NCBI RefSeq assembly: GCF_009914755.1
Contig: NC_060942.1
Direction: 5' to 3' (one strand)
Source of the DNA: the human T2T-CHM13v2.0 reference genome, Homo sapiens
DNA: 64,000 bases
Below are positions 27,807-40,810 of the stretch, in pieces. How positions within the stretch are numbered: the first letter of the stretch is position 1; the number at the start of each line of letters is the position of its first letter. Below the pieces are notes generated by a model. That model had not been told where the DNA came from and ran no database searches. It saw only the letters and a list, made by a program, of their open reading frames with translations. Both the position numbers and the translations under genes were made by a program.

Positions 27807-27934
27807 GTAGATAGATAGATACTCACCATAATGAAATACATGTAAAATATATGTAAAAGTTCACTCCTGTCTAGCTTGATACCATGATTTTTTTTTAGAA
27901 ATGTTATATCATGTTTATTGAAGAAAATTTTCAA

Positions 27935-28115
27935 TGGTAAAACACTTGATCTAGAGCCAGATTTCTTGGGTCACAACCCTTCTTATACTATTCTAGCTGT
28001 GTGTCCTTGGGCAAGTCATTTAATCTTTCCGGAACTCATTTCCTTCAACTGTAAATTGAGAAGGTTGTGGTTGAAAAGCTCTAAAGTTCCATCCTGTTCT
28101 AAAAATCTATGAATC
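27935..28115 (+). mobile_element. MIR
   Basis: CTAGCTGTGTGTCCTTGGGCAAGTCATTTAATCTTTC...TTTCCTTCAACTGTAAATTGAG...CTCTAAAGTTCCATCCTGTTCTAAAAATCTATGA. Confidence 0.8.
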
Positions 28116-29055
28116 TGTGAGAGAGAAAGTTCATAAATATTCCATAATCTTCCTTTTACCAAAATGTTACTTCCAAATATAGATAACCTTCCATGACACA
28201 AAGCAAATGTTGTGACAAGGTACCTTTCAATTAATGCAAATTTTAAAGTTACTATTTAAAACAATTCAGAAATAGAGCAAACTCTATCAAGATGTTGTGA
28301 TTTCAGATAATTCAGAACACAACATAGGGATCACATGCCAATCAAAATAAATCTGAATGAAACAAATTATTAACTATGAATTTTACAGAGTTCTGGAATA
28401 CTTCCAAATTCCTGCTATCATTTTCAAAATAAGCTTTTCATGAGAAAAAAAATACAGTCTCAATTAAACAGAACATATCAATTATACATAAATTAAAAAA
28501 TTATTATTATTTTTTCTCCAAACCTAGAAGGAAAGTTCAAACTGACAACAAATTTATATCAGTCATTCAGTAAACCTTTCTCACACACCTCTAATTTCTG
28601 GGTCATGGACCTTAAACTCAAAAATAAAAATTCAAATTCAGAAAAATATCCACCCACATCAATGTATAGTTCTTAATTTAAAATATAATTACATTCATTA
28701 ATAGAATCTTAATAACCAAAGTATCCTAATACGTCTTACAAAGATGTTTGAAATTAAAGCTTCACATTAAAATGGGTTTCTGGTAAACTACATGACTTAA
28801 TTTACCAGACAAAAACCTCTCTACTATGCAGATTAGTTAATTGAGGATTTATTGTAAAAGCAATAACCAGAAGTTGTAATAGATACGAATTGAGTAGAAT
28901 TCATTCTCTTTAATATCCTCAAGATGTTACTTAACTCACAGTGCTTATTCACAAGTTCTCTGCTCAGGCAGTTAATGTGAGATTCTTGAAAATTTTAATA
29001 TCCTGCCAGTAGTCAGTCACCATTAGCAAATGTGGGATAAGAAAGTGTTATATCT

Positions 29056-29360
<305 letters not shown>

Positions 29361-32300
29361 TTATATCTATGTTATGGACATCAACTTACCAGAGTTTTTT
29401 TTTTTGTTTCTTCCCAGATGGATGGTTTGTCTTTATCATCAAAGAAGACAAACATTATCCAGTACAGTTAAAAATTTCTAGGTATGATTTAAAAATATGA
29501 TGTCACATGTAACCACTGAACAGTGAGGAAGACCACAAGATGAGCTACTTTTCTGTTTGTAAATTTCAGCACTTCTGTCCCATTTAATAGACCTTGTTTC
29601 TGTCTTAACTATTCTTTAAAACCTTTTTACTATATGATGGTAAATACGTATGAGCATTTAAAAGAAATCAAATTCAAGTCTTTAAAATAATGTATAATTT
29701 ATAATTTCAGTTTAGCATCTCTAATTGTATTATTTATGTCACAGATATCATGAGATAATTATTTTACAGTTTACCTAGTTACACAAATGTTTAGTGAAAA
29801 TTATTATAGATATAAGCAAGGAAAGTCAAAATTATATACAAAGGGACAACCTAATCTGGCACTGATTAAATACATACTCACACACACAACTGGGCATTCA
29901 TTACCAATTCCATGAATATTTTGTGAGATGATGAGAAACTTGAAAACAGTGAAGCTGAAAAACTCCACAAGTTTGACAATTAAAATCAGGCAAAACTAAA
30001 ATATACTACTATAGTCCATTTACTGCAGCAATATTTCTGGAAATTCTCGCACCATTTCAGACTACAAAATCAACGTTAATCATTTCAAAGATCTAATAAA
30101 TTTCTTTTCCTTTATGAAACAATATACATATAATATAAATAATATATTATTGTTATGTAAAGAAAGAAGACACCTACAGCTTTAAAGTGAAGTCTGTAGT
30201 ACTGTAGTGAAACTAAAATACTCCAAACTCAAAACCTACCAATACTGTGTTTAAAATGTTGAAAAAATTAGTTGGTGTGACCACAGAATATGGAGTGTAT
30301 GACGGTATGCATATTAAAATGGAAACTGTTGAATCCGTGATATATTGTAATATAGAAAACTGTATACCTGAGGACACTTAAAATGATGCAAAACTAAATA
30401 ATAAAAAGTCCAATGTAGAAAATACGAGAACCAAATAAATGACTTAATAGGAGTATAATATGTATGCCATAACACTGATAAATACTGGTACATACCTTAC
30501 ATTTACAAGTAGGACTTATTCTCCTAATATTTAAAAGTTACAAATAAGCATATTAGAGCTCTTCTCAACTGTATAAAGAAGCAGTCAATAAAACACAGAG
30601 CATACCAGGAAAGAGTGCAGCAGGTCAAAAAAGGCAGATGTCAAAAATAGTATGTTTTCCTTTGGGGACAAAAAAGTGGAAGGTTTTATGCATTTTAATT
30701 AGCCATTTAAAAAAAAAGGAATCAGGTGAAGACTACCAATTATCACCTTCTAGCCCCGCTAACACTTTGTAGTCTAGCGGAAAAGAAAAGGAAAAAAGAA
30801 AAAAGAAAAACACCCTCCCATTCTAGGCCATTAAAAAACATTCACAGTTTCCTCCAGTATCCTTCCAACAGCTACTGATGAGATTTATCTTCAAAGAACT
30901 TTCTTGTTTACAATACAAATCTTCCCCTCTGTTACAAATTAAACCCAATTATCTGGCGAACAGTTTCCATAATAAAACCTGGTAGACAGAGGAAACAGTA
31001 ACCTTCCCATTTTTTTTTCCTCTCTATTTGATAGCCTGCAGGTTTCAAGAAGTAAAAACTACCCTTACTTATCCCATTAACAGATAGGTGTTGAGAGGGC
31101 ATGGAAACCCCTGGGAAGATAAATGGCCTCATTTTCTTTGGATCAGGATTTGGAGACAACTTCCAAAGATCTGAAAAAGTGTGGAAAACTCTCAGTTGCT
31201 TATTGGATCTATAAATGTTTAAACTACTATGAGAAACATTCTACAGAAAAGCATCATTAACTCTTTCTGGTCACTGGAATCTACAGTCATTGGTATATCT
31301 AGTCATTGCTGAAGGACAAACTACAAATACTCAAGGAAAAGATCCATTTGTTGAGATAGCAAATAGATGAAATGCAATCACATACACTTGAGTCCTGGCC
31401 AAGTCTAACTCACCCTGACACACTGGGGCTCAGCTTTTAATCAAGCAGCTGCTCAAAGACACATTTGTGTCCCTGTAACAGAACCCATCCAATTTATGAG
31501 GAATTTCATAAAATCAAGTTTATTCTAAGTCTCCAAAATGCATTTGCGCATGCTCAATATATGTAAATTTCAATTACAAAATTACAAATTCAAGTTTATT
31601 CTGTGATACTATTTTGCATTAAGCAGAGCTTTATCAGGTGTTACTAGCCATTTCCTAAAGATGTAAACTGTGCTTTGCAAAAAACATAGATGTACCTAAA
31701 AAAAAAAAAAAGACAGAAACAGCTTTCCCCAAATTTTCTTAATCTCACGTAGAAGCAAGGGTGTCTAAATAAATAAAAAAACTTCCCCTCTCTTCCCTCC
31801 TACTCTGCAGAATTCCATTTACCTGGCAAATCATGAAAGGCAGAATCATAAAACTCAAGTTTAGTCATACCTCAACAGGCTGTGTTCCTGTTGAACATTA
31901 AATACTTTGACAACACAACAGCGCCTTCTCCAGTGCTAAAAGCAGCATGATTAATCTTATTAAACCAGCATCTGAACCACAGCCACCATGCCATGGGAGA
32001 ATAATTAGGCTGCTAATGACCTAAATACTGTATCTACAAACTCCTATTACTGGAGCTAGTAAGAAATAAGAGAGAATATTCACGCTTAAAATGGCCAATC
32101 AAATTAAGAATATTTTCCATAGAAACAAGGTATCTATGCTGCAAAATAAATGTATTTTAGTAGACTGGCCTGTGACCACAAGTAAGCTTTTTCTGTTTAA
32201 AACAAATGTTTAACACTGTTATGTCAGAAAATGTTTTACTAATTTGCAAAGAAGTGGCAAAACATGAAATGCCCTCCAATTTTAAGTGGAGGAATTCCTA

Positions 32301-35300
32301 CATCCCTACACTGTTGGAAGTAAACAGTAAAGTTTTTCTCCTCCTTACACAGTTCATGCGGTAGTTAAAGAGGAAGATTCACTGAACATAATGAAAACTT
32401 ACAGCTGAATTCTTTGGCCACACCTCTGTTACATTATTATAGTAATACATAGAAACAAGACAATAGGAGGAGCTGGATAGGGAATAACCATACAAATAAG
32501 AAACTCTGCACTGTTATTCTCAAAAACTGGAGAATTATTTATTATTGCAAATTTCAGTATCATTCAAGACAAAACCAAGTCTTAGCTTCCAGGTGAATTC
32601 ACAAATAACTGGTGTCAAAAATCTCTTGACACTTTTCTCTAACACTTAAGTATATGAAACTCTTTTTTAAAAATTCCACGTCCAGGTAATCTGAAGATCA
32701 AGAAGAAAGCTTTTCTTACAGTTTATGAAATTATAGATTCTTACAATAACAAAAAGCACATAGTGTCAGCATGTATAAAGTGTTATTGATTCCTCTTTCA
32801 TATGCCAAAATAGTACTTTCAAAAATGCGGGTTAACAAAGGCTATTCCTTTCCTTTTTTGAATGACTGCCCAAGAATGTACATACCATACTTTTGGAGAA
32901 AATCACTTTTGACAGAAGGAATTGTCATGGCAAGAGCATACAAATACAAGGCCATATGGTGTCCTTTTCTGAGGTAAGAGGCAATAACCCAACACACTTA
33001 GGAGTTTATTCCCTTTCTGAATTAAGAACTTGGTGTTGCCCATGTAAACACATGAAATGAGAACACACTCATGCTGTACTAATTACATACAGGGACCTCT
33101 GCTGTTATCTCCGCTGTTTAGCATTATCCCGTAGTTAATTCTGCTTTGCTTTAGTTGCAGCCAAAGACTAACATAACAAAACAGTGTCTCCCTACATGGG
33201 ACCCTCTGTCAGCCACATGCTTTCACTGCATAAATTATTTCTTGAGAATGAACCTGAGCCCTTTGTGAGATGCTGAGTTAAGGCCAGGAGTAAGAGACTG
33301 CTGCAGCCACTTCAGCCAGGAATTCAGTCAGAATCAAATTTAGGAAAAAGGGAGTAATGCAGACAGACCAAGAAAAGAAGTCAGTTGACTGCGGCCAAAT
33401 GCACACAGCAATGGCCAATTCTCATTGCAAAAGCCTTTGCTTTTGTTCCTCATGCCTGAAATAACGACTCTGTTCTGCAAGCTACTGGGCCAATCTACCT
33501 AAGCAATAGCAGGAGTCATGAGAAGTGGGATCATGAATATAGATGCTTTTGGGAAACTAAAAGTAGACTGAGGATTTCTTTTTGCCACTAAAAGAAAGAA
33601 ATTAATGATCGTGAAATCAATGCATACTGTAATTGCTAAAGTGAATATGTTATTTACTGCAACAAGAATTCAAATGAAAAAGACACCTATATCTATATAG
33701 GCTGCAATGGAGGCCAAAGAGAGGTGGTAAGATGTGGCCAAAGGTATCCAGCTGCACAGGACAAAGATGGCTATAGAACCCAAACCACTATTCTCTAAAT
33801 TGTTGGTTCTCTTCGCCAAGCCACGCTCTCTCCGGGGTCCACTTCTAGATCAAGCAGGACTCGGAGTACATCAAGCTAAATGAGGTTAGCATGAGAAAGG
33901 AAAGAGGCTGAAAAAGAAAGAAAATGCCCATCCAGCCATCGGTCTGTGCAGAGTCATGGAAGATGGGCCTTCTTGCTCAGTGTTGCAAAAAGAGAGTTCT
34001 TATCAGCTCTCCTATCGACTCCCAAGCCCAGTCTGCAGTGGCGCCCCTGGCCTACTTACAGGCATTGGAAAGAGGCAAATCAAATGCTGCCAGGGAAGAA
34101 AACAACAGAGGAGGACTTCTATTATCAAACCTCAAAGCCTCCGCAGCTTAGCCTCAGCCTTCTCCTCTGTCCCGGAGCCCACTTGCTGACCTAGACAGAG
34201 ATATTTCGAGGCATGGGTGTAGCACGTGCATACGTGACCCCAATCCCAAACCCCCAAGCAATGAAATTTCATCTGGATTTTCAATATTAGTTAGCATAAC
34301 TTTGGAACAGAAGTGGCTTTTTAAAAGACTGAAAACATGTATTCGAGGTAAGAATGTTGTCCACATCAAAGAAAAAGAAGGAAAGCACTCCGTCCTATAA
34401 TTTGTGGGAGCAAAACGATAATCTTAGAAACGATCTATCCAAGACCTAGCATTTTATAAATGAACTGAGAATCAGAGAGGCAGGTGCCGGCTCTCTGAAA
34501 TTCAAAACACTGAGTTCCCAGATGTCTTGATCAACCTGAAACTTTTGAGTGAAGTCAAACCCTGGCAGAAAGAACACTCAACCTCAATGTCAGAGTGCCA
34601 AATTTTGCGTTAACCCATGCTATCAATTAGCATAAAGATTGAAAATGTCATTCACCTGTTTAAACCCAGTATACTAATATGCAACAGGGAAAGATTAAGA
34701 GCTTGAAACACATGATCTTTCAAGTTTTTTTTCTCAGATGTAAAGTTCTATGATTCTGTTCTGAACTGAATAAGAATAAATAACAAGAAAAAAATGTAAA
34801 CAGTTTAAACTGCAGTTAAAATAATTACTTTCAAAATTTTAAACTAACAAACTTTTACAAGTATACCCTCATTTTTTATAGATTTTCTTCCCTGGCCTCT
34901 GCCACACATATTCTTCTATCTACAAAACTAGAAGGACAGTCTGACCTTAGCATTTAAGGGTAACAGACAATGAGCCCGACAGACAATTAGCTGTTAACAG
35001 TTAGATATATTTAGCATTTAAGAAATGTACTATCAGTACACTGAAAGTATTTGGAAAGTTTAGTCATCAGCAGATAGAGCATGAATCACGTCCATGTCAC
35101 CAGCAGACCACTTATCTAATCACCCCCACTATAAATGCAAGACTCTGTGTCTCCAGAGCTGGTTTGTTTCATATTTTAGCTCCACGGTCACAGGCAAATT
35201 CACTGAACCAAAATAAAACCTTCTGACTTGCTGTTTTCACTGTCCTAAAATGGGTTAGTGATGTCTTGCCCACAGAATTCCACACCATGATCTGAATGAG

Positions 35301-35614
35301 TGGAAAAAGATTCTGTCTGGCTCACAGCAGAGATGATACCAAATGGCCAGTAAAGAGGCCGACTCAAATTCCTTTGAAGGAGGCACCGAGGTGGTGGATT
35401 CAGCAAAAGGCTGTGAAGTTTATGTAAAATTTCACTCATAACTTCAAACGCACTTAAAATAAGTTAACAGGCAGGTTTTCTAAAAGAAAGTTTCTTAAAA
35501 CTACATTATAGTTCTCATGATCATCTTTTTAATAAGCCAATAACCTTTACTACCATGAAGTATGTAGGCTCTTATAAATATCTTCTAATTAGTCATTCAA
35601 ACCTTGTTTTACAG

Positions 35615-36030
35615 GAAAAGAGAAAAACAACAACAACAACAACAACAATTTCCCGAGGATCCCTGCCCACATTCAGAGTAGCAGATTTACCTACTTCAAA
35701 GTGGAGATCAAAGCCACACTCTAAGGCTCCTTATTTCCACAGGCTGGCAAGCAAACAAGGCATACAGGCTTTGCAAGAGTGTATCCTAATTCTCTTACTG
35801 AAGAAAAGTCAACAGCAGAGACAACACAGAAAAAGGAATCAAAGAGGCCAAATCTGTGGACTCAAAACAATAAGAAAAAATAAATCAACTTTGCTAAAAT
35901 TTAAGAATGCCAGGGGGGTAGGTAAATGCACTGGGAAGTATGTGTGGACTATGATGATAATAAATCTCCTTTCAATACAACTGATATTTATCAGACCTTG
36001 AATAAAACACTGAATGTGGATACTATAGTG
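35615..36030 (+). other. Candidate terminal exon of a + strand (possibly antisense) non-coding transcript
   Basis: Branch-like CTAAT (~35585), acceptor CCTTGTTTTACAG|G, repeat-poor body, and AATAAA at ~35879, ~35959 and 36001. Motif evidence only. Confidence 0.3.
35626..35648. repeat. (AAC)n trinucleotide repeat
   Basis: AACAACAACAACAACAACAACAA seen directly. Confidence 0.9.
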
Positions 36031-36059
36031 CAAAGCATCTATATAGGAATTAGGACAGT

Positions 36060-36326
36060 GGAAGTATGAGGTAAGCTGCAAGTGTAATTTGAAAGTTTCC
36101 AGCAGCCAGATTAAAAAGGTAAAAAGAAACAGGTGAATGGATTTTAATAGCATATTTTATTTAACCCAATATATCCAAAATATTATCATTTCAATATATA
36201 ATCAATATTTTAAAAGGAGACATTTTATATTCTTTTTTTGGTACTTGGTCTTCAAAATCCAAGGCAACCACATTAAAAATGATCAATAGTTACATATGGC
36301 TACTGGCTACCATATTGAACAGAACA
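36060..36326. mobile_element. MER33-like (hAT-Charlie) DNA transposon
   Basis: TAAAAAGGTAAAAAGAAACAGGTGAA...ATATTTTATTTAACCCAATATATCCAAAATATTATCATTTCAA...TATGGCTACTGGCTACCATATTGAACAG. Confidence 0.8.
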
Positions 36327-36962
36327 TTTAAATACCTACATAGTTAATCATCTGGAATGCAGAAGTGTCAATATACTGAGGTAAGCCAGCAAAAGGAAAA
36401 AAAAAAAAAAGATGATGAAAAAAAGAAATATGTTTACCAAAGACGTGGCACAAATATTCTCCACTGCCTAAGAAGGGAAGGCGAGGTAGATTTAGCATAA
36501 CTAAAATAAGAATGATTTGGATTTAGATAGCTTCATAGCTGATGAGATGGGACCAAAACATTTCTACTACTATGGGCATTTTTACAGAATCCTCTTCCTT
36601 GGAATACTGTATAAAATACACATAGTTTAAAAAAATAACAGAATTAGCTCTGAAAAAAAGACAGGGAATATTCAATACTGCTATAAATTCCTTTGAGCTT
36701 TTAAAGATGACTCTTAATGTATATAAAGTTACACTCCATAAAAGGCTGAGTAATTTATAAAAGACTGAGTAATTTATACAAACTCCCAAGAGGCACAATG
36801 AAAATATGCATTTTCCTTTTAAAAATCGTGAAGGAAAAATGACAGTATCTGGAGAAAGAAAAAGGAAAAAGACTATCTAAAACAAGAGCAGTCATTTGGA
36901 ATGAAATCAGATTTCATAGTATTTAGTAGTGGCATCCTCCAACAAGTAAGATGTTAGGTGGG

Positions 36963-37266
36963 AGAGGATACTAGAGGCTGGGGAGGGAGGGATAGAGAGA
37001 GATTTGTTAAAGGATACAAAATTACGACTATATAGGAGGAATAAATTCTAGTGTTCTATAGCACTGTAGGATGACACTAACAATATTTCATAGTTTCAAA
37101 TAGCTAGAAGGAAGACACTGAACATTCCCAACAAAACAAATGACAAATGTTTGTGCGTGCTAATGAATATGCTAATTACTTTGATCTGATCAATATACAT
37201 TATATGTATAGAAATATCTCTATGTAGCCCATGAATATGTACAACCATTATTGGTCAAAGAAAAAA
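36963..37266 (+). mobile_element. 5'-truncated L1MA-type 3' end with TSD
   Basis: GTTAAAGGATACAAAATTAC...AGGAATAAATTCTAGTGTTCTATAGCACTGTAGG...TTTCAAATAGCTAGAAG. TSD AAGATGTTAGGTGGG / AAGATGTTAGATGGG. Confidence 0.9.
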
Positions 37267-38911
37267 GATGTTAGATGGGGCAAGAGAACTGGATCTTAGA
37301 GTACTTCCAATTGATTCCAAGCCTCTATGCACACAGTACACTATTTTTTCTATTGGTCCTCATATAAACAGTATATAAACAGAAACATATATCCAATCGG
37401 AAAAAAAAGTGATTCAATATTTTATATCTGGATTAAACTTATACTTGAATTTTTCCTAAATTGGCCTGACAATTGATGAGCAATAAAATGGGCTTTAGTT
37501 TCATTTAAATTATGTTCTTCTCCTTTAAATTCCTTTGCCATGGAGCAGTCAAAGGTGGTTTTTAATAATGACTCACATATCAAGCTGTAGTTCAAAGTTG
37601 ACGTTGTCTGGACCCGGTGTCAGTAAAATACTTAAGTTACTAAGTCATGAGAGATTTTAGTTATAGGGCTTCTAAATTTTCACATCCAGAATCTGTTATT
37701 AATATGCCATGACCTTAGGCACACTACAACCTTAGACTCAACCTGTCCATCTTCTTAAAAAAAAATGAATGTATTCTTCTCCATCTAAATTGTAGGCTGC
37801 CTACAGAATGCAAAAAAAAAAATTATAAAAAAAAGTCTTACAATGAATAGCTTTAAGGTTTAAATTCAGTTTGTCAAAAATTGTTAGGCTCCTTGTTGTT
37901 CTCAACCGTTTTCTTGCCCAGTCCAGCTAAGTGTAACAGGGGTTCCTAAGTCATGTTCCAGTGATCTCCAAGAGGGAGGAGAACGTTTCTTGCCTACAGA
38001 AATTCAGTGGGCTGAGAACCTTGGAGTGGCAGGAGTCTTCAACCTGTCCTTAAAGCCTGGGAAACAAACTGATATCCAGAAAGACCTGGCGTTACTCAGA
38101 GCGCTAGCTCCTGGGGTAGGTGTTGAGGCTGCAGCTTTTTATGAAAGAGATTCCTGACAAAGATTCCTCTGCCCACAGGGGATTGCCCATAGCAACTACT
38201 TCCACAAAAAATGCCTTGTGGGAAGTGGGGCATGAGTCATACTGTTTTAGTTACTCCCCTGTTCTCCAGACCCTCCAAACTGGAAGATGCAGGAATATCC
38301 CAGTGTGAATCACTGTGCTGTCCTGGTGCTGACCACCACAACATCCACCAGTGACTTAGCAGAAGTGAAACCAGTCAACCCTAAGGATTATCAAACATGG
38401 GCCAGGGCAACTGTCTCCTACTGGCTGGTGACAAAGCTTCCACTGGTTCCTGGTATCTTGCTCAGAGAAATTCCTGATACCAGGGCCCCCAGCTACACAA
38501 TCCTGAGGATAGACAGAAGATGGCTGCGGCCCTCATCCAGAACCACACAGGAACCACCACAACCAATTTATTATGGGCCAGCTTTCCAATTTTCCAAGAT
38601 TATTCCAAAGTCAGGAAACTGAATTAAAATGATGACTTCCATTTATACAAACATGTCTATGTGAATTTTACGACACTTTTTTTTAAGTGACAGAACACGT
38701 GGAATATCCGCACTCTACTTCATCTCATGCTGTTCTGAATTTTTCAAACAGCTATCAAGAAAACAAGCAAATTCAGTAAATCTCATGAAGTTTTTACACT
38801 GCATTTTTATTAGGTCACCTGAAGTTTGCCACGTTATTCTTTCTTGGAAAAGCATTCATTCAAACATTTTTCTATGTTAAACAGTGATAATAATCATTTG
38901 TTTATTTAATG

Positions 38912-39114
38912 AAGTGGTTCTCAACCAGGGGTGATTTTGGCTTCTGGTAAAATCTGGCAATCTTTGGAGAAACTTCGGTTGTCACACCTGTGAATTCTAA
39001 TGGGTAGAGGTCAGGAATGCTGCTAAACAATCTATAATTCACAGAACGACGACCCTATACATCAAAGAATTATCTGGTTCAAAATGCCAACAGTGCTGAG
39101 GTTGAAAAACCCTG
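38912..39114. mobile_element. MER20 (hAT-Charlie)
   Basis: AGTGGTTCTCAACCAGGGGTGATTTTG...GGGTAGAGGTCAGGAATGCTGCTAAACA...CAGTGCTGAGGTTGAAAAACCCTG; 8-bp flanks ATTTAATG / GCTTAATG. Confidence 0.9.
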
Positions 39115-40629
39115 GCTTAATGTCTTCGGTAGGTGTATTTTTTTTGAAATTTTACTTTTCAATCCATATGGCCTGGCATATAAAAAAGGCAACTTGTTAG
39201 GGAGAGGCCACTAGGCAAGATAGTTTAATAATCAAACAGTTTCTGGGCTTTGAAGCCCAAGCATCTGTAACAACGAAAATAATAATGTGACATTTTTGAA
39301 TCATGTTTTAAATTTTACTGTTTTAGCACATTTTCTCCTCAGACTCTAGGTATTATTTTGAGTGTCCTTTTATAAACTATGTTGAGTCAAGCCACATGAA
39401 TTTTAGCTTAGAACAAAGCAAAGTTTCTTGAGGAAATCACTATTTCAATAGGAAGTCAGTTATCACTGCAAGATTTTCAGTGGAGAGTGAATGACCATGG
39501 ATGTGCCTATTTTAGAAACAACTCCCAAAAGGGTAGACTAAGCCAGATGATACCAAAGGTCACTGACATTCAAGGTTTTTATACAAAACCAGCTAATGAT
39601 TGTCATTTCCCTGTTTGTCTTTGATCTTGAGCACAGAATCAGTGTAATACAATGAATGCTCAAGGTCTGAGTGCCTCAAAGTGTGAACTCCTGACTTAGA
39701 GAACTGACCCAGCTTTACTAAAGATACCGGTGCTACCTGAAAGAATTAACACTGGCATACTCTAAAGGAATAGCTGCTTGTTTTATATAATAAGTACCTG
39801 TCTCAGTAATGAAGGGAGAAGAATCAGTATTTTATCTTTTAAAAAACTAGATTACTCAAATTTTGTAGGCGGAGTAGGGTTCACTAAGCAGCCTCATCTC
39901 CTACAGATGTGCCCACGATCTGATTTTTGTACTCTTCCTCCCTCACAAATTACAATGTATTTGAGATAAATCTTCTAATTTTTGAAGTTTGAGAAGTGGC
40001 TTGCTTTATCTTACTGATTTTTATGCTGCTATTTAATATTCTCTTTAAATTAAAATTGCTGCCACAAAAAGGGGATGCCATGGCACACAAAAAGGCATCC
40101 ACTCACATACTTGTAAAAAAACAAATTGCTCTAAATAAGATTAACTGAGACTGGATATACCAATCTCAAATTAAATAAACTAAATCCATATGGCCAGACA
40201 TGTGATTGCAGGGGAATATGGCTAAAGGAAAAATATATGACTTGGATAAATGTTCACAACTAGCAGGACATAGATATCCCTTCCAGGCTGGCCACCTGGC
40301 CCACGCTGTGGCATATACACTAGGGTTAGGGCTGCTTACACCAAGCACACACCAACAGCTTCACTTGTGAGCTGGTTCAGAGATTTTAAGTGCTCCTACA
40401 ATACAGTAGAAAGAGGCTCCATGCTGTACCACAGACACCAGAGCCTAGGATCACTAGGTCACAAAATAGATTCACAAAGAGTTTAAACTATCAAGAAAAG
40501 TTCATAGCCTCAAAGGAAGATGAATTATACAGATGTGTGCACAAATCCCACTTTGCAGAAGGTGGCTCTTGAAAAATGCTCATTTTTTGTTTTACTTTAT
40601 ATTGGTTTTAAGACAAAAGTGGCCAGTAA

Positions 40630-40810
40630 AATGATAATCACAGATCTAAGAGTAATTTCAGTAACCACGTAGTGCAAAGCCTGCAATTTACAGACGAGAA
40701 AATGGCACCCAGAGGTCGTACACACCAGGTAAGTTTATAATGAAGTTAGCAGCTGAGCCAAACCCCAATCCCAAGTTGCCTGACTCCTAGACTATTACTC
40801 TTTCTAGTAT
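40630..40810 (-). mobile_element. MIR fragment
   Basis: TTTACAGACGAGAAAATGGCACCCAGAG...GTTAGCAGCTGAGCCAAACCCCAATCCCAAG...CCTGACTCCTAG. Confidence 0.65.

Noticed and set aside
31545-31556. NRF1-like TGCGCATGCTCA
   Set aside because: A single mismatched site outside any CpG island or promoter context.
36745-36778. Short direct duplications (also at ~6496, ~12311 and ~48574)
   Set aside because: Ordinary slippage-type micro-duplications.
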